Made by a program: the position numbers and the translations under genes
Shown: one piece after another, positions 10,591-21,742 of the stretch
How positions within the stretch are numbered: the first letter of the stretch is position 1
How the letters are laid out: every line of letters begins with the position of its first letter
Source: Obrimoposthia wandeli
Taxonomy: Eukaryota
Reading direction: 5' to 3'
Assembly (NCBI GenBank): GCA_977020255.1
Contig: CDROCS010004529.1
Span: forward strand, 1-64,000
DNA: 64,000 nucleotides
The notes under the pieces: generated by a model
What the model saw: only the letters and a program-made list of their open reading frames with translations
Told to the model about the DNA's origin: nothing
The model's database searches: none

Positions 10591-11051
10591 TTTACTCACC
10601 CAGTAAGTATTTTTACATTTAACCTAATATTTAGCTTTCATCAAAGATTTATTATTCGTTTTTTTATTAGATACCGTTACAGCTATATTACTTTTAATTG
10701 ATTAAATTCAGGGCACTTAGTTTTTCTTGATACTATCATCAAAAGCTCCAGTGTGTTCTCAAGTCTATTATCCTTAAAAGCGACAACACTTCAATATCAA
10801 GTGGTATCAAAGATTTTATACGTACAAATCCAAGCCTATATTTTTGACAGAGCAATGACCCTTAATGAACTTTATGCACAATCTTCTATCTACTGTTCTC
10901 ATTTAACTTAAAAAAATCTAAACTGCAAATTCCTTAAAAATGCAGATATAATCAGTAAAAATGTCATTTATCTAGACTATCCACCCATATTAATGCAAAA
11001 TATCTGCTACTTATATTTTTGACAAAACTACTGATAAAGCGAACTTATTTT

Positions 11052-11492
11052 ATGGCAAAGTGCCTACTTCTTAATGGACCTAACTTAAACCTTCTAGGTA
11101 CGAGACAACCTGAGATATATGGAGCACAAACCTTAGGCGACATAGAAGAAAAGCTTATCGCTAAAGCGATGACAGCAGGGCATAAATTAGCTTGTTTTCA
11201 AAGCAACTCAGAGTCAAAATTAATCGACAGAATACATCTTGCACAAACGGAAGGTGTTAATTTCATTCTTATAAATCCAGCCGCATACACACATACCAGT
11301 GTTGCTATACGTGATGCGTTACTAGGAGTAGATATTCCTTTCGTAGAAATTCATTTATCCAATATCCATGCCCGTGAAAGCTTTAGGCACCACTCATATC
11401 TATCCGATGTTGCTCAAGGAGTTATCTGCGGATTAGGTGTTATAGGCTATGAATACGGTTTAGATTTTGCTCTAGCCCAATTGGATAAGTGA
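11052..11492 (+). CDS. aroQ: Type II 3-dehydroquinate dehydratase
   Basis: [45 protein letters not shown]. The start is reassigned to the ATG at 11052. Confidence 0.97.
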   Translation: MAKCLLLNGPNLNLLGTRQPEIYGAQTLGDIEEKLIAKAMTAGHKLACFQSNSESKLIDRIHLAQTEGVNFILINPAAYTHTSVAIRDALLGVDIPFVEIHLSNIHARESFRHHSYLSDVAQGVICGLGVIGYEYGLDFALAQLDK

Positions 11493-11569
11493 AAATAAAT
11501 AGATTCACCAGAAACTCAAAAGACTCGCGTTTTAAACCGAGCTAATTTAATTTTATAGAGAACTAATAC

Positions 11570-12010
11570 ATGGACATTCGTAAAGTAAAAAAGTTAATTG
11601 AATTATTAGAAGAATCAGACATTAACGAAATTGAAATAAAAGAAGGCGAAGAATCTGTACGTATAAGCCGTGGATCTGCAACCATCGTAGCGGCGCCTGC
11701 TGCAGTCGCTCAAGCTCCTGCCATGATGCAAGCCGCCCCTGTTGTTGCTGCTGCTCCAATCGCTCCAGCTGTTGATGCTAATGCTGTTTTATCGCCTATG
11801 GTTGGTACTTTTTATCGTTCTCCATCACCTAGTGCTCCAAAGTTCATTGAAGTTGGCCAATCGGTAAAAGTAGGCGACGTCATCTGTATTGTTGAAGCAA
11901 TGAAAATGATGAATCAGATTGAAGCAGATAGAGCGGGAACTGTTAAAGCTATTTTAGTTGAAGATGGTCAACCTGTAGAATTTGATCAACCATTAGTTAC
12001 TATCGTCTAA
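11570..12010 (+). CDS. accB: Acetyl-CoA carboxylase biotin carboxyl carrier protein
   Basis: EAMKM biotinylation motif, Ala/Pro linker, SPMVGTFY. Confidence 0.98.
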   Translation: MDIRKVKKLIELLEESDINEIEIKEGEESVRISRGSATIVAAPAAVAQAPAMMQAAPVVAAAPIAPAVDANAVLSPMVGTFYRSPSPSAPKFIEVGQSVKVGDVICIVEAMKMMNQIEADRAGTVKAILVEDGQPVEFDQPLVTIV

Positions 12011-12034
12011 TTATAGCGCAAAGGATTCACACTT

Positions 12035-13375
12035 ATGTTGGATAAAGTTGTTATAGCCAATCGCGGCGAAATAGCGCTAAGAATACTAAGAGCTTGTAAA
12101 GAACTTGGCATTAAAACAGTTGCCATACACTCAAGTGCTGATCGTGATTTAATGCACGTACGCCAAGCTGATGAAGCTGTGTGCATAGGCCCTGCATCAT
12201 CTTTACAGAGCTACCTGAATATCCCCGCTATTATTAGTGCAGCAGAAGTCACTGATGCCACCGGCATACATCCAGGCTATGGTTTTTTAGCAGAAAACGC
12301 TGATTTCGCCGAGCAAGTAGAGAAATCAGGCTTTAAGTTCATCGGCCCTACAGCAGACACTATCCGCTTAATGGGCGATAAAGTATCTGCTATTAGAGCA
12401 ATGATCAAAGCGGGTGTACCTACTGTACCAGGCTCAAATGGACCACTGCCTGATGATGCTGATGAAATTCGCGCTATTGCTAAGCGCATTGGCTATCCTG
12501 TCATTATCAAAGCAGCATCAGGTGGTGGCGGACGCGGCATGCGCGTTGTTCACTCTGAAGCGGCTGTCATCAATGCCGTGCACGTTACGCAAGGTGAAGC
12601 TGGTATCGCTTTTGGTGATGACACTGTGTACATGGAGAAGTTTTTAGAAAACCCACGCCATGTTGAAGTACAGATATTATCAGACGGCCAAGGCAATGCA
12701 ATTCACCTCTATGATCGTGACTGCTCAATGCAAAGACGCCATCAAAAAGTAGTTGAAGAAGCACCTGCCCCAGGAATAGATCCAGAAGCAAGAGCTGCGG
12801 TATTTAAGTCATGTGTAGATGCCTGCGTTGAAATCAATTATAGCGGTGCTGGCACATTTGAATTTTTATACGAAAACGGTCAATTTTTCTTCATTGAAAT
12901 GAATACTCGTGTGCAAGTAGAACACCCCGTTTCAGAAATGATCACTGGTATTGACATAGTAAAGGAGCAATTACGTATTGCGTCTGGAATGAAGCTATCA
13001 GTTACCCAAGATCAAGTTCAAGAACGAGGCCATTCTATTGAGTGTCGAATTAATGCAGAAGATGCAAAAACATTCATGCCAAGCCCTGGTAAAGTGAATT
13101 TATTCCACATCCCAGGCGGTAACGGCGTAAGAGTTGATTCACATCTTTATGCAGGCTATACAGTTCCACCACATTACGATTCACTAGTAGCTAAGTTAAT
13201 TACTTATGGAGAAGATCGAGCAACTGCGCTGGTGAGAATGCAAATAGCGTTAGATGAAATGGTCGTTGATGGCATAAAAACCAATATTGCTCTACATCAA
13301 GAGATTATGGCTGACGCTAATTTTCAAATAGGTGGTGTTAACATCCACTACTTAGAGAAGAAACTGGGATTATAA
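12035..13375 (+). CDS. accC: Acetyl-CoA carboxylase biotin carboxylase
   Basis: [36 protein letters not shown] motifs. Confidence 0.98.
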   Translation: MLDKVVIANRGEIALRILRACKELGIKTVAIHSSADRDLMHVRQADEAVCIGPASSLQSYLNIPAIISAAEVTDATGIHPGYGFLAENADFAEQVEKSGFKFIGPTADTIRLMGDKVSAIRAMIKAGVPTVPGSNGPLPDDADEIRAIAKRIGYPVIIKAASGGGGRGMRVVHSEAAVINAVHVTQGEAGIAFGDDTVYMEKFLENPRHVEVQILSDGQGNAIHLYDRDCSMQRRHQKVVEEAPAPGIDPEARAAVFKSCVDACVEINYSGAGTFEFLYENGQFFFIEMNTRVQVEHPVSEMITGIDIVKEQLRIASGMKLSVTQDQVQERGHSIECRINAEDAKTFMPSPGKVNLFHIPGGNGVRVDSHLYAGYTVPPHYDSLVAKLITYGEDRATALVRMQIALDEMVVDGIKTNIALHQEIMADANFQIGGVNIHYLEKKLGL

Positions 13376-13380
13376 TTTAT

Positions 13381-13402
13381 AGCCTGCAATAAATTGCAGG
13401 CT
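13381..13402. terminator. Bidirectional terminator between accC and the glycan cluster
   Basis: AGCCTGCAAT-AA-ATTGCAGGCT perfect stem between convergent genes. Confidence 0.75.
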
Positions 13403-13413
13403 CTTTCTATCTC

Positions 13414-15327
13414 TCAATTCAGCAACTGAGTACTCGGTAAAGTATTCAATTTCCTCCATACCAAATCATTAATTCCATCGGATGGCTGAAAACCCGTTGG
13501 CATTTTCAAGATCAATTCGTGCACCAATTCTAAATCATAGCGCTGACAAGCAAGATCTATTTTACTGATCATCGCTGATAGGTCACTCCAAGACAATCTC
13601 TCTTCCGTCGCTTTCATTATTCTACTGTGCTCAGTGCCTTGCACGCTATCGCCTATTAATAGTTCTTCGTAGAGCTTTTCTCCTGGGCGTAAACCTGAAA
13701 ATTGAATTTGGATATCACCTTCAGGGTTATCACCATCCTTCACAGAGTAGCCGCTTAAATGGATCATTTTCACTGCAAGATCGACTATCTTGATAGGCTC
13801 CCCCATATCTAATACAAAGACATCGCCTCCTTTACCCATTGCACCTGCCTGAATAACCAATTGTGATGCTTCAGGGATCGTCATGAAATAGCGAGTGATA
13901 TCGTTATGGGTAACAGTGACCGGTCCACCCTGTGCTATCTGTTTTCTAAAAAGCGGTACCACAGATCCAGAAGATCCCAGCACATTGCCAAATCTGACCA
14001 TTGTAAATACAGTGTTGAAATTTTCCATCGCCAATGCTTGTAAAATCAACTCTGCAATGCGCTTACTCGCTCCCATAACGTTAGTGGGTCGCACTGCTTT
14101 GTCAGTAGATATCAGTACAAAAGAATCCACTTCGGCTGCAATTGCCGCTTTAGCACAGTTTAATGTGCCGAAAATATTATTACGAATTCCCTCAACCATA
14201 TTGTACTCAACGAGTGGAACATGCTTATAAGCAGCCGCATGAAATACCGTATTGACTTGGTAATTAGTCATAGTCTGTACTAATCGTGATCTATTTTGAA
14301 TCGAGCCGAGGATAGGCGCTATTTTAGTGTCAGTATCTAATTCCTTGGTGAGAGCACTAAGGGATTTTTCTATTTCGTAGAGGGAGAATTCAGCATGATC
14401 AAACAACACTAACACACTAGGCTCAAACGCCAGTATTTGCCGGCACAACTCAGAGCCAATAGACCCCCCTGCACCTATTACCATTACCACCTTAGCCTCT
14501 ATATTCTTCTTCATCAATCTACTGTCAGGCTTTACAGAATCACGCCCAAGGAGGTCGCCAATAGAAACTTCGTTGAGCTGATCGATACGAGCAGCACCGG
14601 TCACTAGGTCCGCCATACTGGGAATAGAGAGTATTTCACAAGGTAGTTGTTCTAATACATTCAATACTTCTTGTCTTTTCATAGCACTAACACTGGGCAT
14701 TGCTAGCAATATTTTATCCACTTTGTAACGTTCAATTAAGCCCGAAATTTCGCTGGGAGGATAAATATTTAAGCCTTGGATACTCGAGCTCTGCATTTTT
14801 TTATCATCATCAATAAACGCTACAGCTGCAAATTCTGAGGCTTGGTTGAGCGCAAGATGCAACTGCCTGCCTGAAGCCCCTGCTCCATATATCAATACTG
14901 CGTGTTTGGCTGAGCGCTGCATACGATATAACACCATTCTAAAAAACAAACGGATGCCACCAATTGAAATTAGCGCAAAAGAAAAATAAATTATTGAAGT
15001 TGATCTAGGTAAAAAAATATTAAAATAGAATGCTGTCATCACCATCAGTGCTGTAGAAAAAAGTACGCCTGATAGTACTGTTAGTAAAACTCTAAAACTC
15101 ACATAACGCAACACCGCTCTATATAAACCAAGTTTCACAAACACTACAACGGTCATAGGAGCAAGAAAGCCCAACAACAACCAATGATCTAGGCTATCAA
15201 AAGGGGCAAATTGATCTAATCTAATCCAAAACCCTGCCCAAAAGGCAAAGGTAATTAATATAAAATCTACCAGCACTGAAATTATTCTTTTCTGGTATCT
15301 AGGAATCCCCAAAAATTTATTTAACAT
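13414..15327 (-). CDS. wbpM: Membrane-anchored UDP-GlcNAc 4,6-dehydratase (WbpM/CapD/PglF family)
   Basis: Four N-terminal TMs, GAGGSIGSELC, HAAAYKHVP, STDKAVRPTNVMGASK, GLRPGEKLYEEL. Confidence 0.92.
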   Translation of the reverse strand: MLNKFLGIPRYQKRIISVLVDFILITFAFWAGFWIRLDQFAPFDSLDHWLLLGFLAPMTVVVFVKLGLYRAVLRYVSFRVLLTVLSGVLFSTALMVMTAFYFNIFLPRSTSIIYFSFALISIGGIRLFFRMVLYRMQRSAKHAVLIYGAGASGRQLHLALNQASEFAAVAFIDDDKKMQSSSIQGLNIYPPSEISGLIERYKVDKILLAMPSVSAMKRQEVLNVLEQLPCEILSIPSMADLVTGAARIDQLNEVSIGDLLGRDSVKPDSRLMKKNIEAKVVMVIGAGGSIGSELCRQILAFEPSVLVLFDHAEFSLYEIEKSLSALTKELDTDTKIAPILGSIQNRSRLVQTMTNYQVNTVFHAAAYKHVPLVEYNMVEGIRNNIFGTLNCAKAAIAAEVDSFVLISTDKAVRPTNVMGASKRIAELILQALAMENFNTVFTMVRFGNVLGSSGSVVPLFRKQIAQGGPVTVTHNDITRYFMTIPEASQLVIQAGAMGKGGDVFVLDMGEPIKIVDLAVKMIHLSGYSVKDGDNPEGDIQIQFSGLRPGEKLYEELLIGDSVQGTEHSRIMKATEERLSWSDLSAMISKIDLACQRYDLELVHELILKMPTGFQPSDGINDLVWRKLNTLPSTQLLN

Positions 15328-15362
15328 CTAAGTAAATTCCTTGTTAGTTGAATTTTTCCAAT

Positions 15363-16403
15363 TCAATTCTCTACTTTAGCAATGATAATTTCATCACCCT
15401 TGCCCGCTTTAAAAAAAACAGCCACTAGCAACAGCGGGAAATAGGCTATAATCAACGCTACCACACCCGAAAGCTGTTCATTTATCACTGTTAAAGCAAT
15501 CGGCATTAGCCAAAAAATATTAATACTGATAACGGCATAAGTCACTACTTGGTGTGATTTGTATTTTCGTGAAGCTTTTTGATAGGTATGTGAATTATGT
15601 GCTTCATAAAGCTTTTTTCCACCATGTAACCGAGTCAATAAAGTAACTGTAGCATCGACTATAAAAACACCTAACATTATTAACCACACCCATAATAAAT
15701 CTGGATGTATATTCGCACTATACATTAACAATGCACCGAGCATTAATCCAATAAAACCACTTCCCGCATCGCCCATAAATATTTTTGCAGATGGAAAATT
15801 AAAGCACAAAAAACCCAGTGCACTAATGCTCATTAACCAATGCAAATAAGCGGCAAAAATTTGATCATAAAAAAACACTAAAACACCACCAATCACTAAC
15901 GAGCTTATAACAGCTTGCGAACCGGCTATGCCATCTATGCCATCCATAAAGTTATACAGATTTAACACCCACACCAAAAAAATGACTGCTAATAAATCAC
16001 CTATCAAACCTAGCTCAATCGACCAGTGCAGAAAATTTATTTCAGGCAAACCACCACAGGCAAATAACACAGTGGCTGAGGCCACAAAGTGGGCGATTAG
16101 CCGCCAGCGTGCGGCAACGTGTCCTCTATCATCTATCCATCCTATAATAGCAACCAGCGCTCCAGCAGCAAAAAAAGCAGCTGCTAGATAGAAATCAATC
16201 ACACCCACCACAGCAAAGAGTATCAGCCCCAGTAAATAACTTATGACAACCGCCATCCCTCCACCGCGAGGCGTAGAGACCGAATGCGAGCTACGTGCGT
16301 TAGGTATGTCCAATATATTATGATTATTGGCATACATTTTAATACTATGTGTTAATAGCACTGAGGTTATTAATAAAACTGCCAAACATATTTCAATTAG
16401 CAT
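15363..16403 (-). CDS. wbpL: Undecaprenyl-phosphate HexNAc-1-phosphate transferase (WbpL/MraY family)
   Basis: TPRGGG, GWIDDR, NLYNFMDGIDG, IFMGDAGS, AHNSHTYQ motifs. Confidence 0.9.
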   Translation of the reverse strand: MLIEICLAVLLITSVLLTHSIKMYANNHNILDIPNARSSHSVSTPRGGGMAVVISYLLGLILFAVVGVIDFYLAAAFFAAGALVAIIGWIDDRGHVAARWRLIAHFVASATVLFACGGLPEINFLHWSIELGLIGDLLAVIFLVWVLNLYNFMDGIDGIAGSQAVISSLVIGGVLVFFYDQIFAAYLHWLMSISALGFLCFNFPSAKIFMGDAGSGFIGLMLGALLMYSANIHPDLLWVWLIMLGVFIVDATVTLLTRLHGGKKLYEAHNSHTYQKASRKYKSHQVVTYAVISINIFWLMPIALTVINEQLSGVVALIIAYFPLLLVAVFFKAGKGDEIIIAKVEN

Positions 16404-16441
16404 TATTTCCCTTACTGCTCTATCTAATGTAAAAGTCTAAG

Positions 16442-17398
16442 TTAGTTTTTCTTATCTTGCTGGAATGCCCATGCTGTTTTTAATATCGCATCCTCGATAG
16501 AGTGAGGTGGACACCACCCTAACGTTTGCTTGGTATGTTCAATATCAACTTGCAGCGAACTACACAAGCGCTGGGCAAACTGTTCCTTACCCATTATTTT
16601 AGCTGCAAACTTAATAGCCCACATAGGTAAAGGTAACAAACATGCTTTTTTACCCAGTGCTTCCCCAAGTAGTTTTAGTAATTCAGTGGTTGATACATCT
16701 CGATCATCACTGACTAAAAAAGTTTCGTTAGCAGCTTTAGGATGATCTAAGCATACACAGATTAAATCGACTAGATTATCCATCGCAAGCAAGCTGCGTT
16801 TATTCTTGATAGCTCCAAACGGTAATGGTATTCGGTTATCTAAAACCTTCATCATTGTTAGAAAGTTAGCTTTTACACCTGGGCCATACACTAATGTAGG
16901 CCTAATAATCACTACTTGCATCTCTGACTTTTCAGCGAGTTTTAGCAATCCTTTCTCCGCTTCAAGCTTGGATGTTCCATAGTCGTCTTGAGGCTTAGCT
17001 TGATCGTTATACTTAAAAGGTGATCCTAGCGTTGTCTCCTCTCCTAGAACTTTAATGGAACTGATAAAAACAAACCTTTTTACTCCTGCATGAGCCGCCT
17101 GTTGCGCCAAATTAATAGTACCTTGAGTGTTTACTTCACGGTACTTAGCTAATGCTTTAGCTCCTTCATCATGCATCATATGTACACGTGCTGCACAGTG
17201 GACAATTACATCACAATCAATTAGATGCTCTTGCCAAGCTGTATCTGCATCGATATTATTAATGAGTACTTTCGCCGATGATAAATGCTTTTTATCAGCT
17301 CTTCTTGTTACTAATAAAAGATCAACATTCTCATTCGCTAATTTATCAACTAAAGCAGCCCCTAAAAAACCATTCGCTCCTGTCACTATCACTTTCAT
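16442..17398 (-). CDS. NAD-dependent epimerase/4-reductase (WbpV/WbpK-like)
   Basis: GANGFLG, HCAARVH, SSIKV, YGTSK (YxxxK), VYGPGVKANF; lies upstream of wbpL-wbpM. Confidence 0.85.
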   Translation of the reverse strand: MKVIVTGANGFLGAALVDKLANENVDLLLVTRRADKKHLSSAKVLINNIDADTAWQEHLIDCDVIVHCAARVHMMHDEGAKALAKYREVNTQGTINLAQQAAHAGVKRFVFISSIKVLGEETTLGSPFKYNDQAKPQDDYGTSKLEAEKGLLKLAEKSEMQVVIIRPTLVYGPGVKANFLTMMKVLDNRIPLPFGAIKNKRSLLAMDNLVDLICVCLDHPKAANETFLVSDDRDVSTTELLKLLGEALGKKACLLPLPMWAIKFAAKIMGKEQFAQRLCSSLQVDIEHTKQTLGWCPPHSIEDAILKTAWAFQQDKKN

Positions 17399-17399
17399 G

Positions 17400-18515
17400 C
17401 TACTTTCTCTGACTATATATTTTCATATGAACATCTATTACGTCCTCTATATCAAATTTCTGTTGTGCTAATTCTCTTGAGCGGTTGGCAAATCTATAGC
17501 GTAACTCTTTATCATCAATAAGTTTTAAAATAGCTTCAATCAATGGTATATAAGTTTTAGAAGGAATAAGTAACCCTGATTGATTAGCTAAAACAGCATC
17601 TCGACAGCCCGCTGTATCTGTCGTTATAACAGCTCTACCACAAGCCGCTGCTTCAATTAAGCTCTTCGGCAAACCTTCTCTATAGGAAGGCAACACAATT
17701 ATATTAGCTTGTGAAATTTCTCTTCTTACATCTGAGCTGAACCCCCAGTATTCAATATTTTTTTGACTGACCCATTTATCCAATTGAGGTTTAGTAATAG
17801 ATTGAGGGTTGCTCGGATCTAAATCACCTACTAAAACCATACGAATTTCAGGCCTTTGCTGTTTCAAAGCCGTTGCTGCGTGTACAAACTCATTAACCCC
17901 TTTATCAACCAGTAATCGAGCGATTAACATCACCACGGGAAAGTCTTCGGGTTCAGCAGTTGGTTGGTAATAGTTTAAATCCACCCCCGAACCTGCAGTA
18001 AATATTGAATTTGTGCTATCAACCGCTTTCATGTCAGCTAATATTTTATAGTCGGACTTATTGTGAAAAATAACCGCTGCTGCTTTTTTTAAGGCGATGC
18101 GATACAAAAAAGCGATGAATATTTTAAAAAGCCTAGTTTTGAATTTTTTCGCTATGAATAAGTGTCCCAATCCAGATATCGACGAAACTCTAACCGGTAT
18201 ATTGAATAATCTAGCAACAATATTACCGAACAACACAGGCTTGATAGTAACGGTATGTAATACATCCGGGTGCACCCTTTTTATGACACTAAATATTTGC
18301 CAAAGCAACTTCAACTCTGCTGGTAAACGAGTTCTTCCTCTTACTAAATTCAATGAATGCACTTTGATACCGGTAGCTTCTAGTTCTGCAGCTTTGCTAG
18401 TAACAGTGCAAGCCAAATGCACTTCATAACCTTCTTCCATCGCTTTTAATGCAATAGGAAGACGGTGCGATATGAAAAACCAATCAACATTGACGATATA
18501 CAGAATCTTTTTCAT
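17400..18515 (-). CDS. Glycosyltransferase family 4
   Basis: FFISHRLP, TIKPVLFG, IARLLVDKGV, PSYREGLPKSLIEA. Confidence 0.92.
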   Translation of the reverse strand: MKKILYIVNVDWFFISHRLPIALKAMEEGYEVHLACTVTSKAAELEATGIKVHSLNLVRGRTRLPAELKLLWQIFSVIKRVHPDVLHTVTIKPVLFGNIVARLFNIPVRVSSISGLGHLFIAKKFKTRLFKIFIAFLYRIALKKAAAVIFHNKSDYKILADMKAVDSTNSIFTAGSGVDLNYYQPTAEPEDFPVVMLIARLLVDKGVNEFVHAATALKQQRPEIRMVLVGDLDPSNPQSITKPQLDKWVSQKNIEYWGFSSDVRREISQANIIVLPSYREGLPKSLIEAAACGRAVITTDTAGCRDAVLANQSGLLIPSKTYIPLIEAILKLIDDKELRYRFANRSRELAQQKFDIEDVIDVHMKIYSQRK

Positions 18516-20482
18516 TTATGGTGCTTCTCGTACCATGCTTGGAACATCAAGATATCCCAAAGATGATATTGCCAATTGCGTGTCTTTGATTGATGCTCCT
18601 GCCACATTCTGCTAATAGGTTTCGGATCAAAAAAACCTTCTTGCAGTAAACGTTTCTCATCCAATAGTGCCGCAGCCCATTCTTTCAAAGGCCCTCTTAA
18701 CCAATCCCCGAGCGGGATACCAAAACCCATTTTAGGCCTATCTAACAGCTCTTTAGGTACGTATTTATAGAGCACTTGCTTTAAACACCATTTTGTAACA
18801 CCTTGGCGCAATTTATAATGGAGCGGCAATGACCAAGCAAACTCAGCCACTTTGTCGCTTAAAAAAGGCACTCGTGTTTCAAGGGAAACTCCCATACTGG
18901 CTCTATCTACTTTAGCTAAAATATCATCAGGAAGGTAGCTTAGCACATCTAGTAACATCATCTGTTCAACATCATTCGTTAAATTAGGCCTACGAAGTGT
19001 GTTGTTAAGAACAGTACTAGGCTCTTTAGCCTGCCTTACCACTTTCTCGGGAAAATGCCAGTGAGATACTAAGCTTTTATAGAGCTGAGTAATATCACGC
19101 GAAGCTATAACTCCTGCACCTTTGTGCATTATGTCACCGAGATTAAGTCTGCGATACTTAGCAGGTAATAACTTATTAATTCGATACCAATTAGCGATAG
19201 ATATACAGCATATCATTGCCGACAACATTTTACGCACTACCCTAGGTAACAGTACTAGCTTATGCCACAACTTTTCGGTAAATGCGTAACGATTATAACC
19301 ACAAAACAATTCATCAGCACCATCTCCAGAAAGTGCTACTGTTACTTTCTGTCCGGCCATTTTTGCCACTAAATAACTGGGTATTTGTGATGAATCGGAA
19401 AAAGGCTCATCAAAAATATCTGCCAATTTAGGTATCACATCCAGCACTTGTTGCTCACTGACATAGAGCTCTGTGTGATCTGTGCCTAGATATTCGGCTA
19501 CCTGTTTAGCATAAGTTGCCTCGTTGTACTCTTCCTGGTGAAAGCCTATCGAAAATGTTTTAATCGCTCTACTTGATTGCGCCTGCATTAAAGCAGCTAT
19601 AGTTGATGAATCTATTCCTCCGGATAAAAAAGCGCCCAGAGATACATCAGCAAGCATCTGCTGTTTAACTGACTCCTTTAATAGCTGTTCTAAGGTTTCT
19701 ATTGCCTGCTCATCTGTTCCGCTGAAACGATTTCTCTGAAGCTTCTCAGCCACACCTTTACTTGACCAATAGTATTTAAGCTCAGCTTGCTGAGTTTTTA
19801 TATCCAATATGTGCAGCTGCCCTGGTTCTAACTTACTAATATTTTGATAGATTGAATATGGCGCTGGGATGTAATTGTGACGTAGAAGTAGCGTAATGGC
19901 ATCACGATTTATTTTTCCCTCAAATTCAGGATGGACCCTTAATGCTTTTAGTTGCGAGGCAAATATAAAGGCGCTTCCCTGTCTTCCATAATAAAGTGGC
20001 TTTTCACCAAATCGGTCTCTCCCTAAAGTAAGCGTTTCATGCTTACTATCCCACAGCGCAAATGCAAACATACCTTGGATCTGTGCTAGGCTCTGCTCTA
20101 CCCCCCATATTTTAAAACACGCTAATAGTGTTTCAGTATCTGATGTGCCATGCCACTGAATATCATGTGACTGATTAGCTAGTGCGTCTCGAAGATCAAG
20201 ATGATTATAGATTTCTCCGTTGAAAATTAACACAAAGCGCGCACAGCTGGAATGCATGGGCTGCTCTCCAGCGCTACTAAGATCAACAACTGATAAGCGT
20301 CGATGTGCAAAACCTATTTGGTTCTTTTCATCGAACCACTGACCTGCACTATCGGGCCCTCTAGAGTACAAGCTTTGAGCCATATCATTGAGTACTTTTG
20401 CTGACTGTATTTCACTTTCTGTAGTTCTTTGCTGTCCTGGACTATTAGGCACAAAACTTACAAAACCTGCTATACCACACAC
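18512..20482 (-). CDS. Asparagine synthase (glutamine-hydrolysing)-like amidotransferase, probably sugar-amidating (WbpS-like)
   Basis: N-terminal MCGIAG, FNGEIYN, RDRFGEKPLYY, LSGGIDSS, ALSGDGADELFCGY; embedded in the glycan cluster. Confidence 0.9.
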   Translation of the reverse strand: MCGIAGFVSFVPNSPGQQRTTESEIQSAKVLNDMAQSLYSRGPDSAGQWFDEKNQIGFAHRRLSVVDLSSAGEQPMHSSCARFVLIFNGEIYNHLDLRDALANQSHDIQWHGTSDTETLLACFKIWGVEQSLAQIQGMFAFALWDSKHETLTLGRDRFGEKPLYYGRQGSAFIFASQLKALRVHPEFEGKINRDAITLLLRHNYIPAPYSIYQNISKLEPGQLHILDIKTQQAELKYYWSSKGVAEKLQRNRFSGTDEQAIETLEQLLKESVKQQMLADVSLGAFLSGGIDSSTIAALMQAQSSRAIKTFSIGFHQEEYNEATYAKQVAEYLGTDHTELYVSEQQVLDVIPKLADIFDEPFSDSSQIPSYLVAKMAGQKVTVALSGDGADELFCGYNRYAFTEKLWHKLVLLPRVVRKMLSAMICCISIANWYRINKLLPAKYRRLNLGDIMHKGAGVIASRDITQLYKSLVSHWHFPEKVVRQAKEPSTVLNNTLRRPNLTNDVEQMMLLDVLSYLPDDILAKVDRASMGVSLETRVPFLSDKVAEFAWSLPLHYKLRQGVTKWCLKQVLYKYVPKELLDRPKMGFGIPLGDWLRGPLKEWAAALLDEKRLLQEGFFDPKPISRMWQEHQSKTRNWQYHLWDILMFQAWYEKHHK

Positions 20483-21660
20483 TAGATTAATTCCCCATTG
20501 TACAATGCTTTATAGAACTTCTTATATTGATCGTTAGTTTGGTTTTGACTGTAACACTCAACAACTCTTTGATAAGCCAATTCACGCATTTGCTGGCGCT
20601 GCGTCGGTGAACTCTTTAGCACTTTCATCATCCCCTGTGCTATAGATTCTGAATTCACTTGTGACACGACTACCGCTAATTGGTTATTAACCTGATGAGA
20701 GATTTCCTGTTGAATGCAGGCTAGCCGCTCATTGGGCTGTAGAATTTCACCGACATCTCCCACTGGCGTTGCCACACAGATACACTCAGCAGCCATTGCT
20801 TCGAGCAGAGCATTCGGGAATCCTTCTGTCCTTGAGGTTAAGCAAAAAACATCCATACTCGACAAATAGGCAGCGATATTGTCACTCTCCCCTAACAAGA
20901 ATGTTTTATCGCTTATACCGGCATTATCTAGCCATGTATCCAGTTGTTGATTATCAGCATCCATACCAGGACCGAGCATTAAAAAGCGCACTTGGGGAAA
21001 GTATTTAGCCACTTTTTTTGCAGATTCAACGAACAAATCAGGCCCTTTATCCTGACTAAACCGAGCAATAGTGCCGATCAACGGTTGTTGCTCTGTAATA
21101 CCCAAACGCTCTCGTAACTGCGATCTGCGGTGTGCATTGAAACTAAATCTTTCAGCATCGCAACCATTATTGATGATATGTAGTTTAGCCGGTGCGTAAC
21201 CTAATGCCCTGTGAGTTTCCAAGCTAGACTTAGCAACACACAATATTTTTGTCGGTAGCACGTAAGATAAAGCTGCAAGCAAAAATCTTATTATACTTGT
21301 CGCATAACTACCTTTTTTCAGCTTTGTTGTGCGCACTCCCCAAACAACTATTTTTACATGTGCCAATTTAGCGCTAATGCCACCGATCAGGTCTGCGTGG
21401 TACAACCATGTTTGCACTATATCGGGACGCAATTTTATCAATAATTTTCGTAACTCAATAACGGTTTTAAGCACACCAAACACATTATTCATTCCAAGTG
21501 CATAAACTTCAATGCCTTGCTGTTGCAGCAACTCACCTATTTCACCTACTTGAGTTAAAGAAACTACAACTGTCCTATCTGAAGAGGCTAGCACTAAGCG
21601 CTTGAGTGCATGCTCAGCGCCTCCAACATTTAACCCCGTTATAATATGCACTATTTTCAT
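20482..21660 (-). CDS. Glycosyltransferase family 4
   Basis: HIITGLNVGGAE, QTWLYHADL, EGFPNALLEAM. Confidence 0.9.
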   Translation of the reverse strand: MKIVHIITGLNVGGAEHALKRLVLASSDRTVVVSLTQVGEIGELLQQQGIEVYALGMNNVFGVLKTVIELRKLLIKLRPDIVQTWLYHADLIGGISAKLAHVKIVVWGVRTTKLKKGSYATSIIRFLLAALSYVLPTKILCVAKSSLETHRALGYAPAKLHIINNGCDAERFSFNAHRRSQLRERLGITEQQPLIGTIARFSQDKGPDLFVESAKKVAKYFPQVRFLMLGPGMDADNQQLDTWLDNAGISDKTFLLGESDNIAAYLSSMDVFCLTSRTEGFPNALLEAMAAECICVATPVGDVGEILQPNERLACIQQEISHQVNNQLAVVVSQVNSESIAQGMMKVLKSSPTQRQQMRELAYQRVVECYSQNQTNDQYKKFYKALYNGELI

Positions 21661-21742
21661 GGTGCTAGTAGTACTCTATGTAAAATCATTCGATTTTGTA
21701 ATGAATAATCGTAGCTGAATTTTTTCGAGAGAATAGCGGCCA